A DNA stretch of 64,000 bases, from contig MU057711.1 of the NCBI GenBank assembly GCA_013265495.1, forward strand, positions 1,054,001 to 1,118,000. Reading direction: 5' to 3'. Origin of the DNA: Vicugna vicugna (lineage: Eukaryota). Below, one piece after another: positions 1 to 10,040 of this stretch. The notes beneath the pieces were generated by a model. That model was not told the DNA's origin, did no database searches, and saw nothing but the letters and a program-made list of their open reading frames with translations. Positions within the stretch are counted from its first letter, which is position 1. Each line of letters begins with the position of its first letter. The translations under genes and the position numbers were made by a program.

Positions 1-51
1 AAGATTCTGCAAAAGAGAAGCTGTGTTTGTGCCACTTTGCACAGGCTGGAC

Positions 52-312
52 AGGGAAGGCCTCTCTGACATTTGAGCAGGGACCTGGATGGGGAGCTGTG
101 GGGACACCTGGGGAAGAGCTTCTAGGCAGAGAGGGGGTTAGCGTGTTTGCAGAGCAGCACGGAGGCCTGTGTGCCTGGAGCTGGGGGGTGGGCAGTGAGG
201 AGAAGAGAAGGGATTGCCGTTGAAAGGTGGGCAGTGGAGAACACGCAGGCCTGGCGGACCTGGGAGGGATGTCAGACTTTATTTTATATGTGATGGGAAG
301 TCATCAGAAGGT
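52..312 (-). mobile_element. LINE-2 (L2) relic
   Basis: Typical antisense L2 text: gggaaggcctctctgacatttgagcag...ttttattttatatgtgatgggaagtcatcagaagg. Confidence 0.7.
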
Positions 313-1034
313 GGTCAATTTTCCTTGATAGATACAGCCTCCGAATCACAGAGGCTAGGGCTTCAGCGCCTGGTGGTCAGCCTTCCTGTCGTGGGAGGTG
401 TGGGTGAGCCAAGGTGAAGGGGCGTCAGGGTTTATGTGCATTGGTGAGGCCGCCAAGCTGGGCTGGGGTGCAGGGAGGGGACTCCAGGTGTTCAGTCGTG
501 TGCACTGCGATCGGGTCTAGATCGGGTCCAACACCTGGCTGGTTTCAGACCCTTTCAGAACAGAATGGCCAAACAAAAGTCATCTGCTTCATGAGAACTC
601 TGAGCTGAGCCACTTGGGCAGTGGAATTTCAGACAACAAACTTCGTGGGTGTCTATGATGTTCAGGGCATCCGAAAGGCACGGGCAAGGGTGGGAGGGAG
701 GGCAGTGATGACTAAGGTGGGCTCTGCTTGCTTTCCTGGAGGAGGACAAGGAAGGTGATGTCTTTGTAATGACAGGTAGGATGCTGTCACCACCACAAGG
801 GAGTGCTGAGGGGCGGTCAGAAGAGGCAGAGAGCGCGTAGGAGGAGGGACTTGGCTGAGGTTGCTGTGGCATGGAACATACGCTATACAAACATACGTGT
901 ATGTTTTAATTGCTGCTTTTCCACCTACGTGCATGTGTAACCCTACATGAGGAACTGGCTATGCACCCAGCACTTACAACAGTAGGTGTGCAGCAAATTA
1001 CTGATTGGCTGACTACACGAATGATCCTGTTTAG

Positions 1035-1160
1035 CTCCCACAGTCAACTCTGTGAAGTAAACATGATGCTTGTTTTACTGATGAGGAAACTGAGACTTAG
1101 GGAGGTTAAGGAACTTGTCTGAAGTCTTCACCGAGAGAAAGGGATAGAGGCAGAACTGGC
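1035..1160 (-). mobile_element. MIR SINE relic
   Basis: MIR core in antisense: atgaggaaactgagacttagggaggttaaggaacttgtc. Confidence 0.8.
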
Positions 1161-1639
1161 CTAGCAGGTATGCAACATTAAAGGCTTCTCCGCAGAAGCA
1201 GGAGGGTGGGGGCGTGCCTTGGTTCCCCTCCAACTCTCTGGCAGGGTGATGTCTAAGGACCTCTTCACCCTGAGATGCTATCTTGTTTTACATAAGAGCT
1301 CCAGGGTTGGGCAGGCTCACAGAAACCGGGTCTCCACCCTTTTCCTGCAGCTTTCCAGAGTCAAAAATAACTTGCAGTTTCCGGAAGTATGTGCATCCTG
1401 CAGAAGGAACAAGGAATATCAGACAAGGTTCCCTTTGTTCTAAGACGGGGTGAAAAACGTAGTTGCCCCTCTGCCACTCCCCTCCCTTCTCTTCCATCTC
1501 CTCCTCTGGTCCCAGTCAGAATTCCTGGGAGAGCTTGTGCTGGAATCCTAGCTTTTCCTAAATTGTAGTAAGCACACCACGGATAGTATGGCAAAGAATT
1601 TTCACTGGGAAACAGCCCAACTTTTAAGGACTTGTAATT

Positions 1640-1845
1640 GTTATGTATTTATTTTTACAGCCCTGTTTTGGCAAGAAATAGCGAGCTTCCAGTTATTGTA
1701 CAAAAAAAAAGTTTCCTTTATGATTACATTTAACTTTAAAAAGTGAGTTAAGAAAAATGTTAACTGAAGAATTACTCGGGTGGTATGTAGATATGGCCAG
1801 AATCAGGAAGGGGGCATAAAGGACCCAAGTGTGGGAAATACTCCT
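1640..1845. mobile_element. Probable hAT-Charlie DNA transposon relic
   Basis: End gtggtatgtagatatggccagaatcagg...aagtgtgggaaatactcc resembles Charlie-type termini; family not identified. Confidence 0.4.
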
Positions 1846-1959
1846 CTCCACTCAGAACCCATTACACCGTCTTGAATGGAGGAGTATGCTAATACCGGCA
1901 AATCTTTTGGAGGAGCCACGTCTGTGGGTCTAAGGGCTGGCTCTAGGCTGGCCCAAGAA

Positions 1960-2545
1960 CCGGCGGGTCGGAAGTCATGGCTCTTCCCTTCCTGTGTGAG
2001 CTTCCCTGCTCTGGGCCAAGTTCCCCTTTTCTGCAATGAGGAGGTTCCGGCCCTTCCAGCTGACTCATTCTTTCAGCCTCCTGCTAGTTCTAGAGCTTAA
2101 ACTGGGAGACCGAGAGAGATGGGAAACGATTTCACGTTGCACGTGAACACTTGCTCCCTTATCAAATATTCATCGACCCCCTCCTAGCACCGGACTCCTC
2201 TGCTCTCTCTCTAGGAAAGTCAGTGACTCAAGGCCTCCTTGTCTCGTTCACCAAAGCCCAGGGCGCCACCTGCTGTCCCCTTGGCGCCAGTGCAGCCTCC
2301 GATTTCGAGCTCCCTTCATCTGGAAGGGAGGGAAATCCCGGGGAAATGTAGAGACAGATCTGTTGGGGCAGGTGGCAAGGCCTAAAGGGGATGCAAAGTA
2401 AATGGATCTGTGTGATTGGGAGAAAAACCTCCCACGGATGGACTGGGAATCAGAGGGAACCGAAGGAAAGTGGGCAGCGACAGCGGCAGCCCAGTCTCTG
2501 GTCCCCACCCCCAGCGCCCCAACTCCTCCACCTAGTGGAGCCTTG
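1960..2545. promoter_or_regulatory. Candidate enhancer/insulator: ETS, AP-1 x2, E-box, CTCF, NF-kB motifs
   Basis: CGGAAGT 1969-1975; TGACTCA 2061-2067 and 2224-2230; CACGTG 2140-2145; CTCF-like GGGACAGCAGGTGGCGCCC on minus strand 2261-2279; GGGAAATCCC 2330-2339; locally CpG-richer and repeat-free. Motif match only. Confidence 0.5.
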
Positions 2546-2639
2546 AGCAAAGAGCGCAAAGTCCTGTTCAGTTTTGCAGCTGGAGGGGGTGCCACGCGGG
2601 AGCACAGACTCTCCACCTTAGGTGTTCTCTTGCTCTGGT

Positions 2640-2780
2640 CTGTCTGCGTTAAGGAGGAGGGGGAGGTTAGAATAAAGTGCTGTGGTCCCACCAGTAGATT
2701 CTGGGGCATTGTGTTTGGAATGGGGCCCTGAGGACATCCCCCTGTGATTCTCACACTCCAAAGGTTGCACACCACTGCTC
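2640..2780. mobile_element. MER5-like hAT relic
   Basis: tggggccctgagg...cctgtgattctcacactccaaaggttgcacaccactgctct resembles the MER5A end. Confidence 0.45.
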
Positions 2781-2849
2781 TGGCCTGAAAGGCAGTCCTT
2801 TGTCCAGGCTTCTGGGTGCAGTGAAAAAATATGTGTGATTGTGGACTGG

Positions 2850-3050
2850 GAGCTTACTTCCCGGCTACGTACTACGCCTGTGGCTTTATGAGAATTCTCG
2901 TTTAATGCTCACCACTGCCCTTTGAGGGGGACACCATCTTTCTGTACATTTTAAAGAGACTGAGGCTTAGAGGATTACTTGACTTGCCTCAGACCAGTAA
3001 ATGACACGGACAGGATTGGAATTCGGTTCATCCTGATTTCAAAGCATGTG
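2850..3050 (-). mobile_element. MIR SINE relic
   Basis: gagactgaggcttagaggattacttgacttgcctcagacc...ggattggaattcgg. Confidence 0.65.
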
Positions 3051-3193
3051 TTCTTTTTTCCTACCTCTTTCCATCACCATAGTTCCCTTTATTCCTATCA
3101 TTTGGGTGTATTGATTTTAAAGTTCATTTTAAAAATAGGCGATACAGGTATGTGGTTCAAAAATTTAAAGAGAAGTGCTAAAACATATTCAGT

Positions 3194-3315
3194 ACCACTG
3201 CACAGCAATGTCAATACACTTAACACTCCTGACCACTGCACTTGAAAATGTAAAGTTGGTGAATTTTATGTTGTGTGTGTGTGTGTTTTTTTTTAAACCA
3301 CAATTTTAAAAAAAA
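3194..3315 (+). mobile_element. Short L1M 3' tip with A-tail
   Basis: gcacagcaatgtcaatacacttaacact...aaaatgtaaagttggtgaattttatgttg...accacaattttaaaaaaaa; flanked by an attcagta repeat (possible TSD). Confidence 0.7.
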
Positions 3316-3519
3316 GGCATTCAGTAAAAGAATTCTCTTTTGCCTTTGTTCTCTGTCTGCCTGGTGACCTCTCACCATAGGTAACCATTACTATTAGTTT
3401 TACATGGAACTTTCCCTTTTTAAAATTATACACAAGAAAATACAAATATTCTCCCTACTCCCTTTTGCAGAGTAACAAACTATCCATACTAATCTGCATC
3501 TTGTTATTTTTAAAAAAAT

Positions 3520-4030
3520 TTTAATAGACTTTATTCTTTTAGAGCAGTTTCAGTTTCACAACAGGATTGAGTAGAAAATACAGAGTTTGTACATTGCCCT
3601 CCACACCCACACATATCTACTCCCCTACCCTCCACATCCCTCATCAGTGTGGCATATTTCGTACAATCGATGAGCCAACATGGGCACATTATTACCAACC
3701 AAAGTCCATAGTTTGCATCAGGGTTCACTCTTGATGGTGTACATTCTATGGGTTTTGACAAGTGCATAATGACATGTAGCCACCACTATAGTATCATACA
3801 GAATAATTTTATTGCCCTAGAAATCCCCTGTGCTGCATCTACTCATTCCTCCCTCCATCCCTCTCCCCAAAACCCCTGGAAACCATGATCTTTTTATTGT
3901 TTCTGTAGCTGTGCCTTTTCCAGAATGTCATTTGGTTGGAAGGGTACAGTTTGTAGCTTTTTCAGACTGGCTTCTTTCATTTAGTAATATGTCTTTTAAG
4001 TTTCTTCTATGTCTTCCATGGCTTGATAGA
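3520..4030 (-). mobile_element. L1MC/L1MD-type 3'UTR
   Basis: ttaatagactttattcttttagagcagtttcagtttcacaac...gggttcactcttgatggtgtacattctatgggttttgacaa; a second copy of this family lies at 58745-59395. Confidence 0.8.
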
Positions 4031-4164
4031 TCTTTTTTTTTACTGCACATGTATTCTTTAATTTACATCTATGTACTGTTCATTGTTTCTAAGGACGTTT
4101 AGAGCTTTAGTTTTTTTTAAACTTATATAATTCTCAAAGGTATAAAGCTAACCACAAAATAAGA

Positions 4165-4680
4165 ATTAACTCAAAAAGATACATATACCCTGCTATTAAC
4201 AGCAACATTAATTATGATTGCCAAGATATGGAAGCATCCTAAGTGCACATCAATAGTTGAATAGATAATGGAAATGCAACATATTTATATGTAATGGAAT
4301 ATAACCCACCCATAAAAAAGAAGGATATTTTGCCATTTGCAGCCCTTCATTCACTTTTTTTTTTCACTTCAAAAACCAGATTTTATAACTGGCAGAGACA
4401 TTTCCATTACATCAAAAGCAACAAAATTCTGAGAAATAAACTTAACCAAGGAGGTTACCTATACTCTGAAAACCAAAATAACACAAAGAAATGGAAAGAT
4501 TTCTTGTGCTCTTGGATTGGAAGAATCAACACTATCAAAATTGCCACACTACCCAAAGCAATTCACAGATCCAACGCAACCCCCATCAAAATACTCACAA
4601 CATTCCTCACAGAACTAGAACAAACAATTCCAAAAATTATAAGGGACCACAAAAGACCCTGAAGAGCCAAAGCAATCTTT
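4165..4680 (+). pseudogene. Two L1 ORF2 fragments (C-terminal piece ~4165-4345, post-RT piece ~4400-4680), inverted relative to the adjacent ORF1
   Basis: ORF 4294-4662 contains [36 protein letters not shown], a recognisable L1 ORF2 segment; upstream piece has aaaaagatacatataccctg...tttgccatttgcagc. Confidence 0.85.
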
Positions 4681-4741
4681 TATAGGTCCCTTTTTTCCCT
4701 TCTCTTTCTTCTTTTTGTTCTCTTTCCTTATGGTTTGGTGA

Positions 4742-5619
4742 CTAGAGAAGGTCCTTTAACATTTATTGTAAAGCTGGTTTGGTGGTGCTGAGATCTTTTA
4801 GCTTTTGTTTATCTGTGAAGCTTTTGATTTCTCCATCAAGTCTGAACAAGAGCCTTGCTGGATAGAGTGTTCTTGGTTGTAAGTTTCCCCCTTGCATCAC
4901 TTTAAATATATTGTGCCAATCCCTCTGGCCTGTAGAATTTCTGCTGAAAAATCAGCTGATAACCTTATGGGAGCTCCCTTGTATGTTATTTGTTGGTTTT
5001 CACTTGCTAATTTTAATATTTCCTTCTTATCTTTAATTGTTGTCAACTTGATGACTATGTGCCTTGGTGTGTTGCTCTTTGGGTTGATTCTGTGTGGTAC
5101 TGTCTGCACTTCCAGGACTTGGGTAACTATTTCCTTTCCCAAGTTGGGGAATTTTTTGGTTATTATCTCTCCAAAAATTTTCTCAGGTCCTTTTTCTCTC
5201 TCTTCTCTTTCTGGGACCCCTATAATGTGAATATTAGAGCGCTTCATGTTATCCCAGAGTTCTCTTAAACTATCCTCATTCCTTTTTTCTGTTCAGAAGT
5301 AGTGATTTCCACTAATCTATCTTCTAGCTCACTGATCTGTTCTTCTGCCTCACTTCTGCCTATTCTTGGTTCCTTCTAGCGTATTGTTAATTTCACTGAT
5401 TTTATTCTTCAACTCTGTTTGGGTATTCTTTATATTTTCCAACTCTTTGCTAAAAATTTCACTCTGTGCATCTATACTCCTCTTGAGTTCTCTGAACATC
5501 TTGGCCATCATTTCTTTAAACTCTTTCTCAGATAAATTGCCTTTCTCCTCATCACCTATTTCTTCTTCTGGGATTTTATCTTGTGCCTTGGCCTGGAAGA
5601 TATTCCTTTGCTGCCTCAT
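4742..5619 (-). pseudogene. L1 ORF1 (full length, frameshifted)
   Basis: ORF 5350-5619 (MRQQRNIFQ...coiled-coil) and ORF 4897-5247 (KRSNIHIIGVPE...TPRHIVIKL...YKGAPIRLSADFS) are L1 ORF1p; C-terminus ends at TAG 4742-4744. Confidence 0.92.
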
Positions 5620-6539
5620 ATCTTCTATCTTTCTATGTGTTTGTGGATTCTTTCCACAGGCTTTGGGATTACTGTTTTCTTATTTCTAGTATCTGCCCCT
5701 GGTGGATGGGGCTGGACTAGAGGCTTATGAAGGTTTCCTGGCAGGAGGGGCTGGTGCCTGCCCACTGCTGGGTGATGCTTGGTCCTGGACCTCTGGTGGG
5801 TAGGGCTGTGTCTAAAGGCCTTTGTGGCTTAGGAAGTCTGCTGATGGGTGTGGCTGTGTTCCCACCCTGTATGTTGTTTGGCCTGAGGCTTCCCTGTGGG
5901 ATGTTGGGTGGGGCTAGGTCTTGGTGCTAATGATCCAGTCAAGATGTCAGCCTCCAGGAAAACACATGTAGATTAACACTTCCAGAATGTCCACCAGCAG
6001 CTTTTATGTCCCCTGAGTGAGCTGCAGTCGTCCCCTACGTCCCCGGGAGACCCTCCAAATCCAGCAGGCAGGCCTGGCCCAGGTTTTTACAAAATCACTG
6101 CCTCTGCTCTTGGACCTGGTGCATGTGAGTTTCCAAGTATGCTTCTCAAGCAAATGGAGTCTCCGTTTCCCTGAGTCCTGTGAGGCTCCCGGAACCAAGA
6201 CCCCTGGCTTTCAAAACAAGATGCCAGGACCTGTGCTGGGGAGCCTGGCATGGGGCTTAGATCTCTCACTCCTGTGGGAGGAACTTTGCGACTTAACAAA
6301 TCTTCAGCTTGTGGGTTGCCCACCCCACGGGTATGGGGCCCGATTATATTGCAAGCAAGCCCCTACTAACGTCCTGCTGTGGTTTCTTTCCTGTTTATGT
6401 TTCCAGGTGCAAAAGGTCCTTTTTGCTAGGTTCCAGTCTTTTTTTGATGGTCGTTTAGCAGTCACTTGTGGTTTCATTGTAGTCGCGAGGAGAGGCATGC
6501 TTGTGGTCATACCACTCCACCATCTTGACTGGAGCTGTG
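5620..6539 (-). mobile_element. L1 5'UTR (internal promoter region)
   Basis: Minus strand starts ...ccagtcaagatggtggagtgg (L1 5' YY1-type CAAGATGG motif) and is GC-rich, directly upstream of ORF1. Confidence 0.8.
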
Positions 6540-6620
6540 TCTGCATCTTTTTATTGTCATGAGACACTGTATCTTGGAGATCTTTCTATATCAGAACATT
6601 GAGAGCCCCTCATTCCTTTT

Positions 6621-7112
6621 AAAAACTAATTAAAATTTAAAAATTAAGGTATAATTGACATATACCATTATGGGAGTTTCAGGTGTACAACATAATGATT
6701 CCGTATCTGGAAACACTGAGACATGATCACTCCTGTAAGTCTAGTTAACATCTGTCACCTTACATAGTTACAGAAATGTTTTACTTTTTTTTCTGTGATA
6801 GGGACTTTTATTATCTACTGTCTTAGCAACTTTCAAATATTCAGTACAGTATTATTAACTAGAGTTATCATGCTGTACATTATAGTCCTATGACTTATCT
6901 ATTTTATAACTGGAAGTTTCTACCTTTTGACACTCTTCACCCGTATTTTCCACCCTCCCACCCCTGCTCTGTATCTATGGGTGTAGTTTTTGTTTGTTGT
7001 TTTTTTATTTGTCTTTGACTTATTTCATTAGCATAATACCCTCAAGGTCCATCCACGTTGTCGCAAATGGCAGGATTTCTTTTTTTTTTTAAATAATTGA
7101 ATAGTATTCCAT

Positions 7113-7152
<40 letters not shown>

Positions 7153-7254
7153 TGTGTGTATATATATATTCACACCACAGCTCCTTTATCCATTTATCCA
7201 CCCATGGATATTTAAGTTATTTCCACGTCTTGGCTATTGTTTAATAATGCTGCA
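6621..7254 (-). mobile_element. 5'-truncated L1 3' end (L1MA9-like) with internal (TG)n at 7116-7149
   Basis: aattaaggtataattgacatatacc...tcaggtgtacaacataatgattc...caaatggcaggatttc...ttccacgtcttggctattg. Confidence 0.85.
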
Positions 7255-7959
7255 CCTTAGTTCTTTTGTTAGTGGCTAGAGTAGCTCATTGTATGGAGAG
7301 CATAGTTTCTCTCTCCAGCCCCCTGCTGTTGGGCGTTAAGATTGTTTCTCTGGAAGAACTAACAGCCAAAGGAGCCCACTCAAATGAATTGTGACCACAA
7401 AGTAAAATGTATTGTTTAGACTCACCCTTGAATATGGACAGGCACACATTCGAGACACCGTTCTCCCTCAGTAAATTCCACACTGTTCCCCACCCCAGTG
7501 CCGGAAGGGGTCATATGCCATATGGAGTAGCTGGTGTGCATTTAGGAGCCTTAGGTCTCAATCAAGTGTCTTTACACATTGCAGTCACTCACGCTGTGGT
7601 CAACTCACGTCATGAGAGCCTTTTGGCACAGAGGGCCCAGCAGAGCCCCAGCTCCCATCTCATGCCCTCTCTGGCCTTGTTGGATGGGGTGGTGGATGGA
7701 GTCACTCAAGGTATTATACTTCTTTGGGGAAGAGGACATGTACAAATGGATTAATGTAAATTGCAGGCTGTGGTGCTGAATACTGCTTCTTGCTGTGCTG
7801 CATGGCGGTGGTCACTCCTCGTGGGCTCTGTTGGCCCCTCCATCAGCACTTTCTCCCACTGTCCCTCATTAAACTATGAGCTCCTTAAAGCCCAAAGTGG
7901 AGACTTTGTTGTTCCTACAGTTCTCACAGCCTTGGAAGTATGCCCTGGGTGCAGGCAGT

Positions 7960-8180
7960 GCCTGGGCACTGATCCCGTGCTAGGTGCCTGCTAAGTACCT
8001 TATTCAATTACCTCACTTAATCCTTGTAACAACTCCCTGCAGTAAGTGCTATTGCTATTCTCAGTCTTGAGATGAAGAAAATGAGGCACAGAGAGGTCAG
8101 GCAACCTGTCAAAGCCACACAGCTCCTATGCGGCAGAGCTGAGATTGTGAGTCTAGGCAGTTTGGCTCCAGAATCTGCCA
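7960..8180 (-). mobile_element. MIR SINE relic
   Basis: ctcacttaatccttgtaacaac...gatgaagaaaatgaggcacagagaggtcaggcaacctg. Confidence 0.8.
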
Positions 8181-8489
8181 TCTTCACTTCTTTGCTCTGC
8201 TGTCTCTTTGTGGGCCTTCCTCTTTGTGCTGGAAAGTGAGGGAGGAAAGCTGGATCCTGTTGACTTTAACATTCGCTTTAACAAAAGTGTATTGTGAGCC
8301 CTGGCTCTTCTATGGATTAGCTGTTATGTTAATGTTTTTGTTTCTCGTCCATAAAAAACGGACAACAGTACTGATTGCTTGGGCTATGGTGAGGGCTCAG
8401 TGAATTCGTACACATAAGGAGCTTACAGATAGTAAGCACTCAGAGAGCATTGCTGCTTCTATTTGCCAGGCAATGGGCCAGGTCTTGAG

Positions 8490-8655
8490 GCTCTTGGTAC
8501 TCAAGGTATGATGGACCAGCAGCATGGGCATCACTTGGGAGCTTGTTAGAAATGCAGAACCCCAGGCCCCTCCCCAGACTAGCTGAATCGGAATCTGCAT
8601 TTTAGCAAGATCTCCATGTGTTTTGCATGTACCTTAAAGTTCGAGAGAACTCGGC
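8490..8655 (+). mobile_element. MER5A (hAT-Charlie)
   Basis: ggaccagcagcatgggcatcacttgggagcttgttagaaatgcagaaccccaggccc...gaatctgcattttagcaagatctcc. Confidence 0.85.
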
Positions 8656-8840
8656 TCACTGGCAGTGACTTTCACCCTTCTCCAACAGACCTCCAGGCTC
8701 AACTCCCGAGCCCCCAGCACGGTGTGTGGGGTGGGGCCTGCCAACCTAGTTTTATCAGCTCCTTCAGCCTCTTCTGAAGCTGGGGGACCAGCCAGGCTTG
8801 GGGACCCAGCTATGAGCCCACAGAGATGAAAGAATGAAGC

Positions 8841-8896
8841 AGTTTCTGAATTTCATTTTTTCCTTTTCTTTTCTTTTTGTTTTAGTTTCTGAATTT
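8841..8896 (-). repeat. Solo poly(A)-type insertion (8854-8883) between perfect 13-bp direct repeats
   Basis: agtttctgaattt at 8841-8853 and 8884-8896 flanks a 30-bp T-rich tract. Confidence 0.65.
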
Positions 8897-9129
8897 TTGA
8901 CGTGACAGGGCACACGTTTTGGCTAAAGCACCCAGACTTTTTATCTATTTCTGAGTCTGCCTTTCATCCTTGCCCAACTTGGCATTTTGAGCAATGTAGC
9001 TTTAGTGAGGCAGGAAGGGAGGGAGGCCAGAGACAAGAGTGCCACCCTGTGGCCAGAGCCTGGCATTACCGCTCAGAACGCTGCTGGTGGGGATAAGGAC
9101 TGACTTCGGTCTGTGATAACAGAGCAGCG

Positions 9130-9330
9130 ATAGCTACATCTTATTGAGCCATTCTTATACGTTAGACACTGTGCCAAGCCCTCCTCAGTTTTTAGTTTAT
9201 CTAATACTCACAACAAGAGTATGAAGTAGATACTATTGTTACCCCCATGCTGGGGCTCTGGGAAAGCAGAGATGGAGAGAGATGAAGGGATTTGCTGAGT
9301 CCCTGGGAGGTGAAGGCTGGAGCTGGGAGG
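9130..9330 (-). mobile_element. MIR SINE relic
   Basis: ttattgagccattcttatacgttagacactgtgccaagc...aatactcacaacaag...gtagatactattgttaccccc. Confidence 0.7.
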
Positions 9331-9440
9331 GAACTCCAGAGCAAACAGCTCTAACAGTTTTGATGTATTTCCTCCGTAGCAAGAGAAGGAGGCCCTTCTG
9401 GTGTAGATCCCCAAATTTTAGATTATTTTTAGACCTATGC

Positions 9441-10040
9441 TTTTTAAAAAAATTGAAGTATAGTTGATTTACAATGCTGTGCTAGTTTTAAGTGTATGGC
9501 AGAGTGATTCAGTTATACGTGCATATTCTTTTTCAGATTTTTTTCCATCATAGGTTATTCCAAGATATTGAATGTAGTTCCCTGTGCTATACAGTAGGTC
9601 CTTGTTATTTGTCTGTTTTATATATAGTAGTGTGCATCTGTTAATCTCATACTGCCACTTTATCCCTTTCCCTTCTTTTGTCTCTGGTAACCATAAGTTT
9701 GTTTTCTATGTCTGTGAGTCTGTTTCTGTTTTGTAAATAAGCTCATTTATACTATTTTTATTTTGATTCTACATATAAGTGAAATCATTTGTCTTTCTCA
9801 TTATTTGTCTCTCTCTTTCTGACTTACTTCACTTACTATGATAATCTCTGGATCTATCCATGTTGCTGCAAATGGCAATATTTCATCTTTTTTATGGCCA
9901 AGTAGTAGTCCATTGTATAAACATACCACATCTTTATCCAGTCATCTGTAGATGGACATTTAGGTTGCTTCCATGTCTTGGCTATTGTCAATAGTGCTGC
10001 TATGAACCTTGGAGTGCATGTATTTTTTTGAATTAGAGTT
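9441..10040 (-). mobile_element. Cetartiodactyl-type L1 3' end (5'-truncated)
   Basis: ttgaagtatagttgatttacaatg...; ORF 9854-10111 includes [32 protein letters not shown] (ORF2 C-terminus). Confidence 0.9.

Larger units (their letters stand above)
3115..7350 (-). mobile_element. Old L1ME-type 3' end present in pieces (~3115-3193, 3316-3508, 6540-6620, 7255-7350), split by three younger insertions
   Basis: Pieces read colinearly: ...catactaatctgcatcttg | tatcttggagatctttctatatcagaacattgagagcccctcattcctttt | gtggctagagtagctcattgtatgg...ttaagattgtttc. Confidence 0.65.

Noticed and set aside
2248..2775. 175-aa minus ORF and overlapping 109-aa plus ORF
   Set aside because: No recognisable domain; partly within a MER5-like relic in GC-rich sequence.
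6017..6562. 181-aa antisense ORF in the L1 5'UTR (ORF0-like?)
   Set aside because: It has a non-ATG start, no recognisable homology, and runs past the element boundary; long ORFs are expected by chance in a GC-rich UTR.
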